A DNA stretch of 64,000 bases, from NCBI GenBank assembly GCA_016180195.1, contig JACPBS010000007.1, positions 9,104 through 73,103 of the forward strand, in the 5' to 3' direction. Positions 27,351 to 35,953 of the stretch are shown piece by piece. The notes beneath the pieces were generated by a model. The model was not told the origin of the DNA. It ran no database searches and was given only the letters and a program-made list of their open reading frames with translations. The number at the start of each line of letters is the position of its first letter. The stretch's first letter is position 1. The DNA comes from Candidatus Woesearchaeota archaeon (lineage in GTDB: Archaea; Nanobdellota; Nanobdellia; Woesearchaeales; UBA10216). Both the position numbers and the translations under genes were made by a program.

Positions 27351-27682
27351 TCTTTTCTATATTTCTTAAGGCATTCACAGAGCCTATAGCCCCTGTTCAA
27401 AGCAACCCTTTTAGACCTGAAAACCAATGTGTTCTTAGGAAGCATGCGCTTCGCAAAAGGGCAACCCTGATCATGCAAAAGGTCTGTGCTTTTGCCGGCA
27501 ATAAACCTGGAAACCTTCTTGACACCGCCTGGAACCCTTGACAAGCTACCAATAAGCTTGCCATTCATCTCAGAAAGCTCATGTATATCCGCCTTCAGCC
27601 TTGACACCATAGCCTTAAGGCCTGCAATCTCCCTCTTCGCAACCATGAATGAAGCCCGGACATTATCCTCAAAGTTCGCCAT
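27347..27682 (-). CDS. coiled-coil protein with C-terminal Cys-containing basic tail (hypothetical), paralog B
   Basis: The N-terminal 55 aa (NVRASFMVAKREIAGLKAMVSRLKADIHEL) is homologous to the upstream 56-aa gene. The C-terminus reads HDQGCPFAKR...CECLKKYRKD. Confidence 0.45.
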   Translation of the reverse strand: MANFEDNVRASFMVAKREIAGLKAMVSRLKADIHELSEMNGKLIGSLSRVPGGVKKVSRFIAGKSTDLLHDQGCPFAKRMLPKNTLVFRSKRVALNRGYRLCECLKKYRKD

Positions 27683-27683
27683 T

Positions 27684-27854
27684 TTACAGCCTCTTTCTTA
27701 TTCGCCCAAACTGGTCTACAATCCTTTTCTGATCATTCTTCAGCTTTTCAATGTCCGTAGCCATTCGAGCAAGATTCAGCCTTACATCAGAAATGTCCTT
27801 CTTCACCAAGGCAAATGAAGCCCTCGTGTTCTCAAGCACCTTATTAAGATCCAT
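27684..27854 (-). CDS. small coiled-coil protein, paralog A (missed by ORF track, 56 aa)
   Basis: The minus strand translates to MDLNKVLENTRASFALVKKDISDVRLNLARMATDIEKLKNDQKRIVDQFGRIRKRL. Its stop lies 1 nt before the start of paralog B. Confidence 0.45.
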   Translation of the reverse strand: MDLNKVLENTRASFALVKKDISDVRLNLARMATDIEKLKNDQKRIVDQFGRIRKRL

Positions 27855-27872
27855 GAAGCCAGAAAACCTTCA

Positions 27873-27907
27873 AAATTTATAAATTTTCCCAATAAAGCTT
27901 ATATATG
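27873..27907. promoter_or_regulatory. divergent promoter region with a palindromic TATA (aaaatttataaatttt) and a second TATA (ttatatat)
   Basis: The elements sit 20-35 nt upstream of the minus-strand start at 27854 and the plus-strand start at 27931, respectively. Confidence 0.35.
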
Positions 27908-27930
27908 TACGCAAGTTCATCAAAAACAGA

Positions 27931-28929
27931 ATGAAAAACAATGAATTCGAAAAGGCAATGCTTAATGAAGAGGACTGCTTCTCAGAAATAATCGGCCAGG
28001 AAGAATCGAAAGAACAGGTGAAGTCAGCGCTCCTGATGGGAAGGCACTTAATCATAGTGGGGCCTCCGGGGATAGGGAAGACAACGCTTGCCAAAAACGT
28101 GGCAAAGCTGCTTCCCGACATCGAGGCCAACAACTGCCCATACAACTGCCTTCCTGAAAAGCCAGTATGCCCCGAATGCATATCCGGAGCAACAAAAGGG
28201 AAAAAAACTGTACCGGGCGAAAAAAGGTTCGTAAGGGTGCAAGGCAGCCCAGACCTTACGACAGAAGACCTGCTCGGCGACATAGAGCCACTGAAGGCAC
28301 TCGAATACGGACCAACATCAATAGAGTCGTTCAAGCCAGGAAAGATATTCCATGCAAACAACGGAGTGCTATTCTTTGACGAGCTCAACCGATGCCCTGA
28401 AAAAGTGCAGAACTCCCTCCTGCAGGTCCTCGAGGAAAAGAAGGCAACAATCGGAAGCTACACAATAGACCTGGAAACAGAATTCATATTCCTCGGGACA
28501 ATGAACCCGCAGGATACAAGCACAGAGAAGCTTTCAGACGTTTTCATAGACAGGTTCGACATGATATACATGAACTACCCTGGAAAAAGCGAAGACGAAG
28601 AAAAAATCGTAATCAAAAGAGGGGCAAAAAAGGCGGAATACCCCGAACAACTTTTCAAAAAAACGATCGCATTCATCAGGTCTTTAAGGAACAACAACAA
28701 GCTTCAAAAGCTTCCTAGCGTAAGGGCATCAATAGGCCTCTATGAAAGAGCCCAGGCAAATGCCCTACTGAGAAAATCAAAAACAGTCAATCAAGAAGAC
28801 ATAAAAAAGGCAATAGTATCCGTACTGGCGCACAGGATTGAGCTGAAACCCTCATCAAGATACCTGATGAGCAGCGAAGAACTCCTGGAAGAGGAGATGA
28901 AGGACTTTCTAAAAGGTGATTACCGGTGA
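27931..28929 (+). CDS. Mg-chelatase ChlI/BchI-like AAA+ ATPase (MoxR superfamily) with Cys4 insertion
   Basis: Walker A GPPGIGKTT, a CPYNC...CPEC insertion after Walker A as in ChlI (CPFNCDP...CDEC), Walker B LFFDELNR and sensor motifs. Confidence 0.75.
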   Translation: MKNNEFEKAMLNEEDCFSEIIGQEESKEQVKSALLMGRHLIIVGPPGIGKTTLAKNVAKLLPDIEANNCPYNCLPEKPVCPECISGATKGKKTVPGEKRFVRVQGSPDLTTEDLLGDIEPLKALEYGPTSIESFKPGKIFHANNGVLFFDELNRCPEKVQNSLLQVLEEKKATIGSYTIDLETEFIFLGTMNPQDTSTEKLSDVFIDRFDMIYMNYPGKSEDEEKIVIKRGAKKAEYPEQLFKKTIAFIRSLRNNNKLQKLPSVRASIGLYERAQANALLRKSKTVNQEDIKKAIVSVLAHRIELKPSSRYLMSSEELLEEEMKDFLKGDYR

Positions 28930-30097
28930 CACAGAGATCAAGGACCATTCGCCCATCGAGGAATACACCGGGAAGCTCGCGCCATCGGTAGACAAAGGGC
29001 TGATGCGCTCAGTCCTCGAGAACGACAAGCAGACAATTGATCACGGAAGGCTAATTTCTGACTCTATAAACAAGGGATTCTCATCATTCACGCCCTCAAC
29101 CCTGTTTGAGCACCTTGTAAAAAACTACAGCATCGCCCGCAACATTTACGGCGAATCAATAATAAGGAAGCTAACAGGGTATGAGCCAAGCGACATACAG
29201 AAAAATATCAAGGTGCCCGAATTCCAAAAGGAGCTCATTAAAAACATCGAGGAAAGATTCGAGAAGCTAAAAGAGGAAAAGCTCATAGACAACGAAGGCC
29301 GACTAACTGACAAGGCAATAGACCTGGCATCGCTGATATTATACACCGAGGAACTGGACAGGCTGATGCCAAAAGGATTTATCGGGGAAAGGATGCACAA
29401 GAAGGAGCACCCATACGGAATGAAGGACGAGGTAAGAAAATACACCAAAGACAGGTATAGGGACATAGAGATAAGGAAAACCATCAGGAAAGCCATACGA
29501 AGATCCCATATCGAGATACTGAAGGATGACATAGTCAGCATAAGAAGAAAAAGCAAGGGGAAGAAATACATCATATACGGGCTTGACGCATCAGGAAGCA
29601 TGAAAGGCAAAAAAATAGAAAAATGCAAGAAAGCAGGAATAGCCCTGGCATTCAAGGCCATAGATGAGAAAGACAAGGCAGGCCTGATAATCTTCGGGAC
29701 GGACATAAAGGCAGCGATACCACCCACGGACAACTTTCCAGAACTGCTGAAGGAAATAACAAAGGCAAAGGCAACAGCCCAGACTGACATTGCAAGGACA
29801 ATAAGCGAGTCAGCAAAACTATTCCCAAATGAAAAAGCAACCAAGCACCTGATACTAATAACTGACGCAATACCCACAAAAGGGGAGAAGCCTGTCCAGG
29901 ACGCAATAAACGAGGCAGCCATAGCCGCATCTGAAAACATAACAATCTCAATCGTGGGAATAGACCTTAACAAGAAGGGAATAGAAAACGCGGAGGAAAT
30001 AGTCAGAAAAGGCAGCGGAAGATTATACGTTGCAAAAGACCTGGAAGAAATCGACCAAATCGTGCTGCTTGACTATTACAGCCTGGGCAACTCATAA
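28916..30097 (+). CDS. von Willebrand factor A (VWA) domain protein, ChlD-like partner of the upstream ATPase
   Basis: C-terminal VWA domain with the MIDAS motif GLDASGSM plus downstream T and D residues. The N-terminal helical region overlaps the upstream gene by 14 nt. Confidence 0.75.
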   Translation: MITGDTEIKDHSPIEEYTGKLAPSVDKGLMRSVLENDKQTIDHGRLISDSINKGFSSFTPSTLFEHLVKNYSIARNIYGESIIRKLTGYEPSDIQKNIKVPEFQKELIKNIEERFEKLKEEKLIDNEGRLTDKAIDLASLILYTEELDRLMPKGFIGERMHKKEHPYGMKDEVRKYTKDRYRDIEIRKTIRKAIRRSHIEILKDDIVSIRRKSKGKKYIIYGLDASGSMKGKKIEKCKKAGIALAFKAIDEKDKAGLIIFGTDIKAAIPPTDNFPELLKEITKAKATAQTDIARTISESAKLFPNEKATKHLILITDAIPTKGEKPVQDAINEAAIAASENITISIVGIDLNKKGIENAEEIVRKGSGRLYVAKDLEEIDQIVLLDYYSLGNS

Positions 30098-30131
30098 CAA
30101 TTTTTATAAATCCCGAATCCGGAACAATTGC

Positions 30132-30707
30132 ATGAGAATACTTGCATTCACAGACACCCACGGCAAGCCTAGATTCCTTAAAACAATCCAAAAAAAATCT
30201 GCCAGCGCAGACATCATCATATGCTGCGGGGACTTCACAGTCTTCGAAAACAACATGCCCAGGATACTATCAGACCTTGACAAAATCGGAAAGAAGCTGC
30301 TGCTGATACACGGGAACCACGAGGATGAAAGGCATGTCGAGGAAGCATGCCTGGACATGAAAAACATAACCTTCCTTCACAGAAAGAAACATAACTTCAT
30401 GGGGTTCACCTTCATAGGATATGGGGGAATGGGATTTTCAGCAAAGGATGACGACTTCGAGAAGTTCTCAAAGAAATACCTGAGTGAAAAGAACATGATA
30501 CTGATCACCCATGCACCACCTTACAACACCAAGGTTGATCAACTATGGAGCCACAACGGGAACAAGAGCATAACACAATTCATAAAGAAAGCACAGCCAA
30601 CACTTGCATTATGCGGGCATTTCCACGAGCTTTTCGGGAAACAGGACATTATTGGGAAGACAAGGATAATAAACCCGGGGCCTGAAGGAAAAGTGATTGA
30701 GGTTTAG
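30132..30707 (+). CDS. calcineurin-like metallophosphoesterase
   Basis: Motifs FTDTHG, CGDFT and GNHE, with a C-terminal GHFH. The start was set at the ATG at 30132. Confidence 0.7.
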   Translation: MRILAFTDTHGKPRFLKTIQKKSASADIIICCGDFTVFENNMPRILSDLDKIGKKLLLIHGNHEDERHVEEACLDMKNITFLHRKKHNFMGFTFIGYGGMGFSAKDDDFEKFSKKYLSEKNMILITHAPPYNTKVDQLWSHNGNKSITQFIKKAQPTLALCGHFHELFGKQDIIGKTRIINPGPEGKVIEV

Positions 30708-30897
30708 AAAAAACCAATCAAGTGCATCTGCAACCAGGATCTATACCCGGGTTCCAGCCACAGAAACTTGCCAATTCATACTTCCCGTTCACTATACCAA
30801 CATGTGGATTAGTGCCGGTACACGCCATCCATCCGCACCTACAAAAAAAACAGAAAGAAACAAAAAAGCCAGTAAGGAAAGGGTAATTTTCCTCATT

Positions 30898-33800
30898 TTA
30901 TTTTTTCTTGCTGATAAAGTAAACAACCACTCCTATTAAAGATAACCCAACAATACCAAAAGCAACAAGGTTGACAAGAGGGACCCCTTTTATCTTGTCA
31001 AGTGTTGGCAACAATGAAGGCGCTCCTGACTCATTTGAGGGCTTTGACGACTCGTTAACCGGAAGAACAACATCCCCAGTTATAGGCTGCGACTGGTTTT
31101 GGACAGAAACATTTGAACCAGGTTCAGTGACTGTTTTCGTAGCAGCCGAAGCCGACACGGCGAAAATGCTGAATCCGGGGGTAACTGCCTTATAGTTGAC
31201 GTTTGTTGTGTCCTCACTGACAATTAAAGTAGTCAACTCGTTCCACTTCCCCGAGTAATACCTGAAAAGCGCCACCTTGTCCTTGGCAAAATTATTGGAT
31301 GAAAGCCACTTCTTTTCAACATTGAACTCGATTGTCGCTGTTTTCAGGCCTGCAGATCCGATATTTGAAGCATCAATCTGAAGATACTGGTATGTGGTTC
31401 CAGGAGCCGCGCCTGATGAAGGCGTAGTGTTAATCTTGGTGACTGAAAGCTCAACATTATCAGCAGATGCAGTTGTTTCAAGCAAAATCTTCCTTATGGC
31501 AATGCTAGACTTCACAATATTCATAACATTAGCTCCTGCAGGCAGATTTCCCCACTTCCTGCTGACCTTCTCGCCGGCTGCTGCTGCTGTTCCTCCGCCA
31601 CCACCTCCTCCTCCGCTGCTGCTACTGCTGCTTGAGCCGCTGTCAGTGCTGGTTGTAAAGCTGAACGGTCCTGTAGTATTACAGTTACCAACATTATCGC
31701 AAGCAGTAACGTTGTAATAATAAGTTGTGGACGATGAAAGGCTCCCCAGCGAAACGCTATGCTCTGTTATAAACCCTGTCTCTGTTGAATTTGACGAGAA
31801 TGATGAAGATGATGTGCCATGGCTTAATGTAGTATTTGTTCTCTCATTAGTATGCCAGGTTATTGTACCACCGCTAGTTGTTACAGAAGCCGCAGCAGGG
31901 GTCTGGTTGAAGAGCGGAGCTGAAAGATCATTGATCCTGAGGGTTCCGATTGTTGAATTTCCAACATCACCCGTATTGGAGTTTGTGCAGCTGAAATTAT
32001 AGCTGTAAGTGCCATTTGCAAGGGTTCCATTTACGGCAAACCATGTCCTGGTTGCATTTATTGTTGAATTGGTTGTTTTAGTCCCGTTTATCCTCAGGCT
32101 GCAGCTCTGGTTGGTCTGGTTAAGCGAAAGCAGGATCATGCTTATGTTAGGGGTCTGGGAAGTAAACTGAGGATTACTGCCGTCGCTCAAATTAATGGTA
32201 TCAAACCAGATCAAATCTACGAATGAAGCTACCGGCGAATTATTCGCAAGGGTGATGTTGAAGTAAATCCTTTCGGCAGCTGGGCTGCTCAAGTTTATCT
32301 CAATCTTGAACTGGTGAACAGTGTAATTAAGCCTTCCTGAATTCAGAATGCTGAAATTATAATTGGTAAGGTTTGTAAGGTTATTGGCAGGTGCAGGAAT
32401 CCAGTTGAGGCCATTCGAAAGATTAGCATATGATATATTGAAGTTGGTGTTGTTCAAGCTTGATGAAGTGCCATTAAGGCTAACAATAACATCAAAGATA
32501 CCTGACATGTTATTCTGGTAAGAGGTCACGTTGAAGTAAACAGTGCAAGAAGGATAGCACTGGTAAGAGCTCCTGTCTGACTTTACATACACTCCTGTGT
32601 TGTTCACACCATACGCTGAAAATCCCCCCAATCCATATGTGGGAATCCTTATTGTGGTGTAGTTAGTGCCCTGATAAAGGACAGTCACGTTAGAAGTCAC
32701 GTCCACACAGCCCGATCCATTCAAATCACACTTTATGATCTGATTCCCGAACTGCGAAATGTTAACAACAACAGCATCAATGCCGAGCAACTGCGCCATC
32801 TCCTGCCACTTTGTGCCGTTCATGCCCACCATCATCCTGGTCTGCGTGGGCTGGCCAGCCTTGGTCTCATTGATCTGGGTTAGCTGCATCATGTCAGTCA
32901 TGTTGATTGAGGTTGCCTTTGCAAGGTCAACACCCTCAAACTCGATATTCCAGGGCTTGACAGTGCCGTTTGAATCAGTTGCGTTAGGATTATCAAACCT
33001 GAGAGTAGTATTTGATATATAGCTGATATTTGAAACACTGCTCAGGGACACAAAATGGGACCCATTGTAATACGTCAGGTTCAATCCTGACATAGACGGG
33101 CTTCCCTTAGCATCGAAGAGCATTCCGAACTTGAAGCTTGACGAGCCGCTTCCACTGGTAGTGAAGTTAAGGCATGAGCTCACTGCACAGTTGCCTGAAA
33201 CATCGCAGTTCCTTGTCCTATAATAATAAGTTGTGTTCGCCTTCAAAGGCACGATTGATGTGTCTGAAATGGTTGTTGAGTCAAAGCTTACCGAATGCCA
33301 GGGCCTATACCTGTCAAACTCAAAAACAGACCCTGAAAGCACATCAGTTATGTTCGCCAGCGAAGTCACGCATGCGCTTGTAGTGTTGTAAAAATCAACA
33401 GAAAGATTGGAAGGCTCGCTGGTGCTCTGCCTGAACATCGCAAACCTGTCAAACTCATCAATGATATTGGATAAAATCTTCGGGGCACTCTTATCATTTG
33501 CCAGCAGCGTTCCCCGATTATACGCACACCATGGGGCCTGGATACAATCTGTATCAGCGCAATTGCTGGTACCATCCTGATCCTCATCAGGAGTATGCAT
33601 GCCACAGTCCTCAAACGGCGTGAACTTTCCTCCACCTATCTTGGAGAAAGCGCTCCCGCAAGCCATAGGATTCGTTTCGCAATCAGGAGGAATAAAGTCA
33701 ACCGCTCCAGGAGTGTAAGTTACATTGTAAATTGTATCGTTAGCCAAGTTAACATTAGTCAGATTATCAGTTGTTGCAAGATGATAAACAATCGAAGTGC

Positions 33801-35901
33801 TGGGGTTACCGATATCAACCAGAGGAACAACCATCACAGAAGCACCGAACATGCAAAGAGGGGCAGAATTCGGCTGGAACGGGTTAATCGGGGTTGAAAG
33901 CTTTGCAGGATACATGCCAAAAGATGTTGAATTCTGCACCATACACCTATAAGCAGATCTCTTCTCAACAGCAGCAGATCCGTTGGCAAACATAGATACA
34001 TTATAGACAAACCTATACTCAATGCCAGACACATTTATTCCGCCAATCACATCCCAGCAACCTGTTGAAGTAATTGCGTCAGTATCAAGATAATAATAGT
34101 AAAGCCCTGTGCCATTGCCCTGAGTGCCGCAAACCGCAGATGAAGCGCCATTCCCAGTCATTATGCCCATTCCTATTGACTTGCCCATATCCTTGAATCC
34201 AAACCCGAGGATGTTAATCCACTGGTGTGATGCTGCTGGCTCATTATCCATATTATTATCATCCTTAAGCCTCAATGGAGGGCCTGGCTTCTCATCCATG
34301 CCCATCGCTGAATCAAAAAGCATGGCCTGCTCCTTGTTACAGCTCAATCCTGAAGAAGTATCCCTGCAAATGCCAAATTGTCGCATCAACTCAACAAAGG
34401 CCCTGTCAGTAAGCATCTTCTTCTCAAATTCACCCCCGCCGCAAAACTTGTCAGACGAACAGGAAGGGTCAGCGCAGTCAACCAAGCTGTTCCCGTTATT
34501 GTCTGCCCCATCATAGCAAATTTCAGGGATCACGCCAAGGCTCCCATTATTCGCATTAGTATAAGTAAGATTTGTGAAGTTGCTGAAGCAAAAGTTGTAG
34601 TTAGAATTCCACGCACATACACCTGATGTTTCAACAATACCCAGGCAACCTGAAGCGTTACAGCTTGAGCATGAATATGACTCAGAGTCCCTTCCGCAAG
34701 ACTTCATAACAGTGCCCCTATCAGCGCAGAATGAAGCTCTTGCCATAGAGTCTGTAAGCCAGTCACATCCGCCTGAAACCCTGCTGTTAGTGCAGGAATT
34801 CTGGTTGAAGCAGTCCTTGCAATTGCCATCGCAATTTCCGCCAAACCTGAACTTGTCGAAATCCTCAACACAAGGACCTGCGGTGCCAATCCATTTGCAA
34901 GTACCCCTTGCACCGCTGTTACAGTCACCCTGAGTACTGCATGACCCGCAGAAATCAGAGCACCCATAACTCCCAGTATCTTCAAAATTCGGCCTGCAAT
35001 GATTGAAGTCAGACTCCCAGATACAGCTGAAATTCCCATTCAACGCCCCGTTAGTGCAATAGGATTCACTTGTAAACGAACCGCAACCGTCCTGCCTGAA
35101 CATGAAGCTGGAATTTCCGGACTTCTCAAAAAAATTGCCTCCACCAAACCCAACATCGTCAAACTCCTGCCTGTTAGCACCAAGAAGGTCAACCGGCCCC
35201 TGAGTACCCTTAGAAACAACATTATAGGTAAGGACGATCCAGCTCAATTGCGACTTGTTCACAGCAACCCTGATTGTTGAAGGGTTTGAATCGCAGACTC
35301 CGCCGGTCTTTGAGATGTTTACAAAAACAGTAACATTAGAAGATACATTAAAGCAGCTTCCAAATGTACATGCAGAAGAAAGGGACGTGCTATTATAAAT
35401 CTGAAGGCTTCCGTTACCTGTTGAATTGACTACAATATGATAATCCGATCCCGGATAACAAGGATCCTCCCTGGTTCCATTACATCCAGTGTTGGCATTC
35501 CCGTCAGCATCGAACTCTATCTCGAATGCAAGGTTGCTGCCGCCTGTAGCATTGCAGAATGTTGCGTTCGAAAAGTTCTTTCCAGTAATCTTCCAAGCTA
35601 TGAAGTGGGCATCCTGAGTAACCCAGGTTGCCCTGAGATCCCAAGTAGGGGCGCAGAACTGGCTGCTGCCTCCTGAACAGCTGAAAAACCGATCATACTT
35701 GCCGTCGCCATTGCTTGCGTAAGGAAGCCCGGAAAAATCAAGGCCCGCCCAATTAAGCGTGCCTGCACTACTTGTCTGCACGGAAAATTCCTCTGAAGAA
35801 AATTCGCCAATTATAAAAATCGAACCTGCCAACAATAAGGCAAGTATCAAAACTCCCAAGATAACCAGCCTAAAACTGTTTAACACACCCTTTTTTAGCA
35901 T
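30898..35901 (-). CDS. giant cell-surface protein (1667 aa): signal peptide, sequon-rich beta domains, Cys-rich EGF-like core, FN3-like domains, Gly/Ser linker, PGF-pre-PGF-like domain, C-terminal TM anchor with KKK tail
   Basis: Has an N-terminal signal, very many N-x-S/T sequons, the linker SSSSSSGGGGGGGGTAAAAG, the shared domain ...TTYQYLQIDASNIG...TPGFSIFAVSA, and the terminal helix LVNLVAFGIVGLSLIGVVVYFISKKK. Confidence 0.75.
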   Translation of the reverse strand: MLKKGVLNSFRLVILGVLILALLLAGSIFIIGEFSSEEFSVQTSSAGTLNWAGLDFSGLPYASNGDGKYDRFFSCSGGSSQFCAPTWDLRATWVTQDAHFIAWKITGKNFSNATFCNATGGSNLAFEIEFDADGNANTGCNGTREDPCYPGSDYHIVVNSTGNGSLQIYNSTSLSSACTFGSCFNVSSNVTVFVNISKTGGVCDSNPSTIRVAVNKSQLSWIVLTYNVVSKGTQGPVDLLGANRQEFDDVGFGGGNFFEKSGNSSFMFRQDGCGSFTSESYCTNGALNGNFSCIWESDFNHCRPNFEDTGSYGCSDFCGSCSTQGDCNSGARGTCKWIGTAGPCVEDFDKFRFGGNCDGNCKDCFNQNSCTNSRVSGGCDWLTDSMARASFCADRGTVMKSCGRDSESYSCSSCNASGCLGIVETSGVCAWNSNYNFCFSNFTNLTYTNANNGSLGVIPEICYDGADNNGNSLVDCADPSCSSDKFCGGGEFEKKMLTDRAFVELMRQFGICRDTSSGLSCNKEQAMLFDSAMGMDEKPGPPLRLKDDNNMDNEPAASHQWINILGFGFKDMGKSIGMGIMTGNGASSAVCGTQGNGTGLYYYYLDTDAITSTGCWDVIGGINVSGIEYRFVYNVSMFANGSAAVEKRSAYRCMVQNSTSFGMYPAKLSTPINPFQPNSAPLCMFGASVMVVPLVDIGNPSTSIVYHLATTDNLTNVNLANDTIYNVTYTPGAVDFIPPDCETNPMACGSAFSKIGGGKFTPFEDCGMHTPDEDQDGTSNCADTDCIQAPWCAYNRGTLLANDKSAPKILSNIIDEFDRFAMFRQSTSEPSNLSVDFYNTTSACVTSLANITDVLSGSVFEFDRYRPWHSVSFDSTTISDTSIVPLKANTTYYYRTRNCDVSGNCAVSSCLNFTTSGSGSSSFKFGMLFDAKGSPSMSGLNLTYYNGSHFVSLSSVSNISYISNTTLRFDNPNATDSNGTVKPWNIEFEGVDLAKATSINMTDMMQLTQINETKAGQPTQTRMMVGMNGTKWQEMAQLLGIDAVVVNISQFGNQIIKCDLNGSGCVDVTSNVTVLYQGTNYTTIRIPTYGLGGFSAYGVNNTGVYVKSDRSSYQCYPSCTVYFNVTSYQNNMSGIFDVIVSLNGTSSSLNNTNFNISYANLSNGLNWIPAPANNLTNLTNYNFSILNSGRLNYTVHQFKIEINLSSPAAERIYFNITLANNSPVASFVDLIWFDTINLSDGSNPQFTSQTPNISMILLSLNQTNQSCSLRINGTKTTNSTINATRTWFAVNGTLANGTYSYNFSCTNSNTGDVGNSTIGTLRINDLSAPLFNQTPAAASVTTSGGTITWHTNERTNTTLSHGTSSSSFSSNSTETGFITEHSVSLGSLSSSTTYYYNVTACDNVGNCNTTGPFSFTTSTDSGSSSSSSSGGGGGGGGTAAAAGEKVSRKWGNLPAGANVMNIVKSSIAIRKILLETTASADNVELSVTKINTTPSSGAAPGTTYQYLQIDASNIGSAGLKTATIEFNVEKKWLSSNNFAKDKVALFRYYSGKWNELTTLIVSEDTTNVNYKAVTPGFSIFAVSASAATKTVTEPGSNVSVQNQSQPITGDVVLPVNESSKPSNESGAPSLLPTLDKIKGVPLVNLVAFGIVGLSLIGVVVYFISKKK

Positions 35902-35953
35902 CTATCTCCCTTTTTCGTATTTTAATCTCGGCGGGGTTATATAAATTTTACTA

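Noticed and set aside
29146-29973. 275-aa minus-strand ORF
   Set aside because: Antisense to the VWA gene and hydrophobic mirror-frame artefact.
30697-30939. 80-aa plus-strand ORF in the spacer before the giant surface-protein gene
   Set aside because: It overlaps the C-terminal TM/KKK-tail coding end of the 1667-aa minus-strand gene and has no features of its own.
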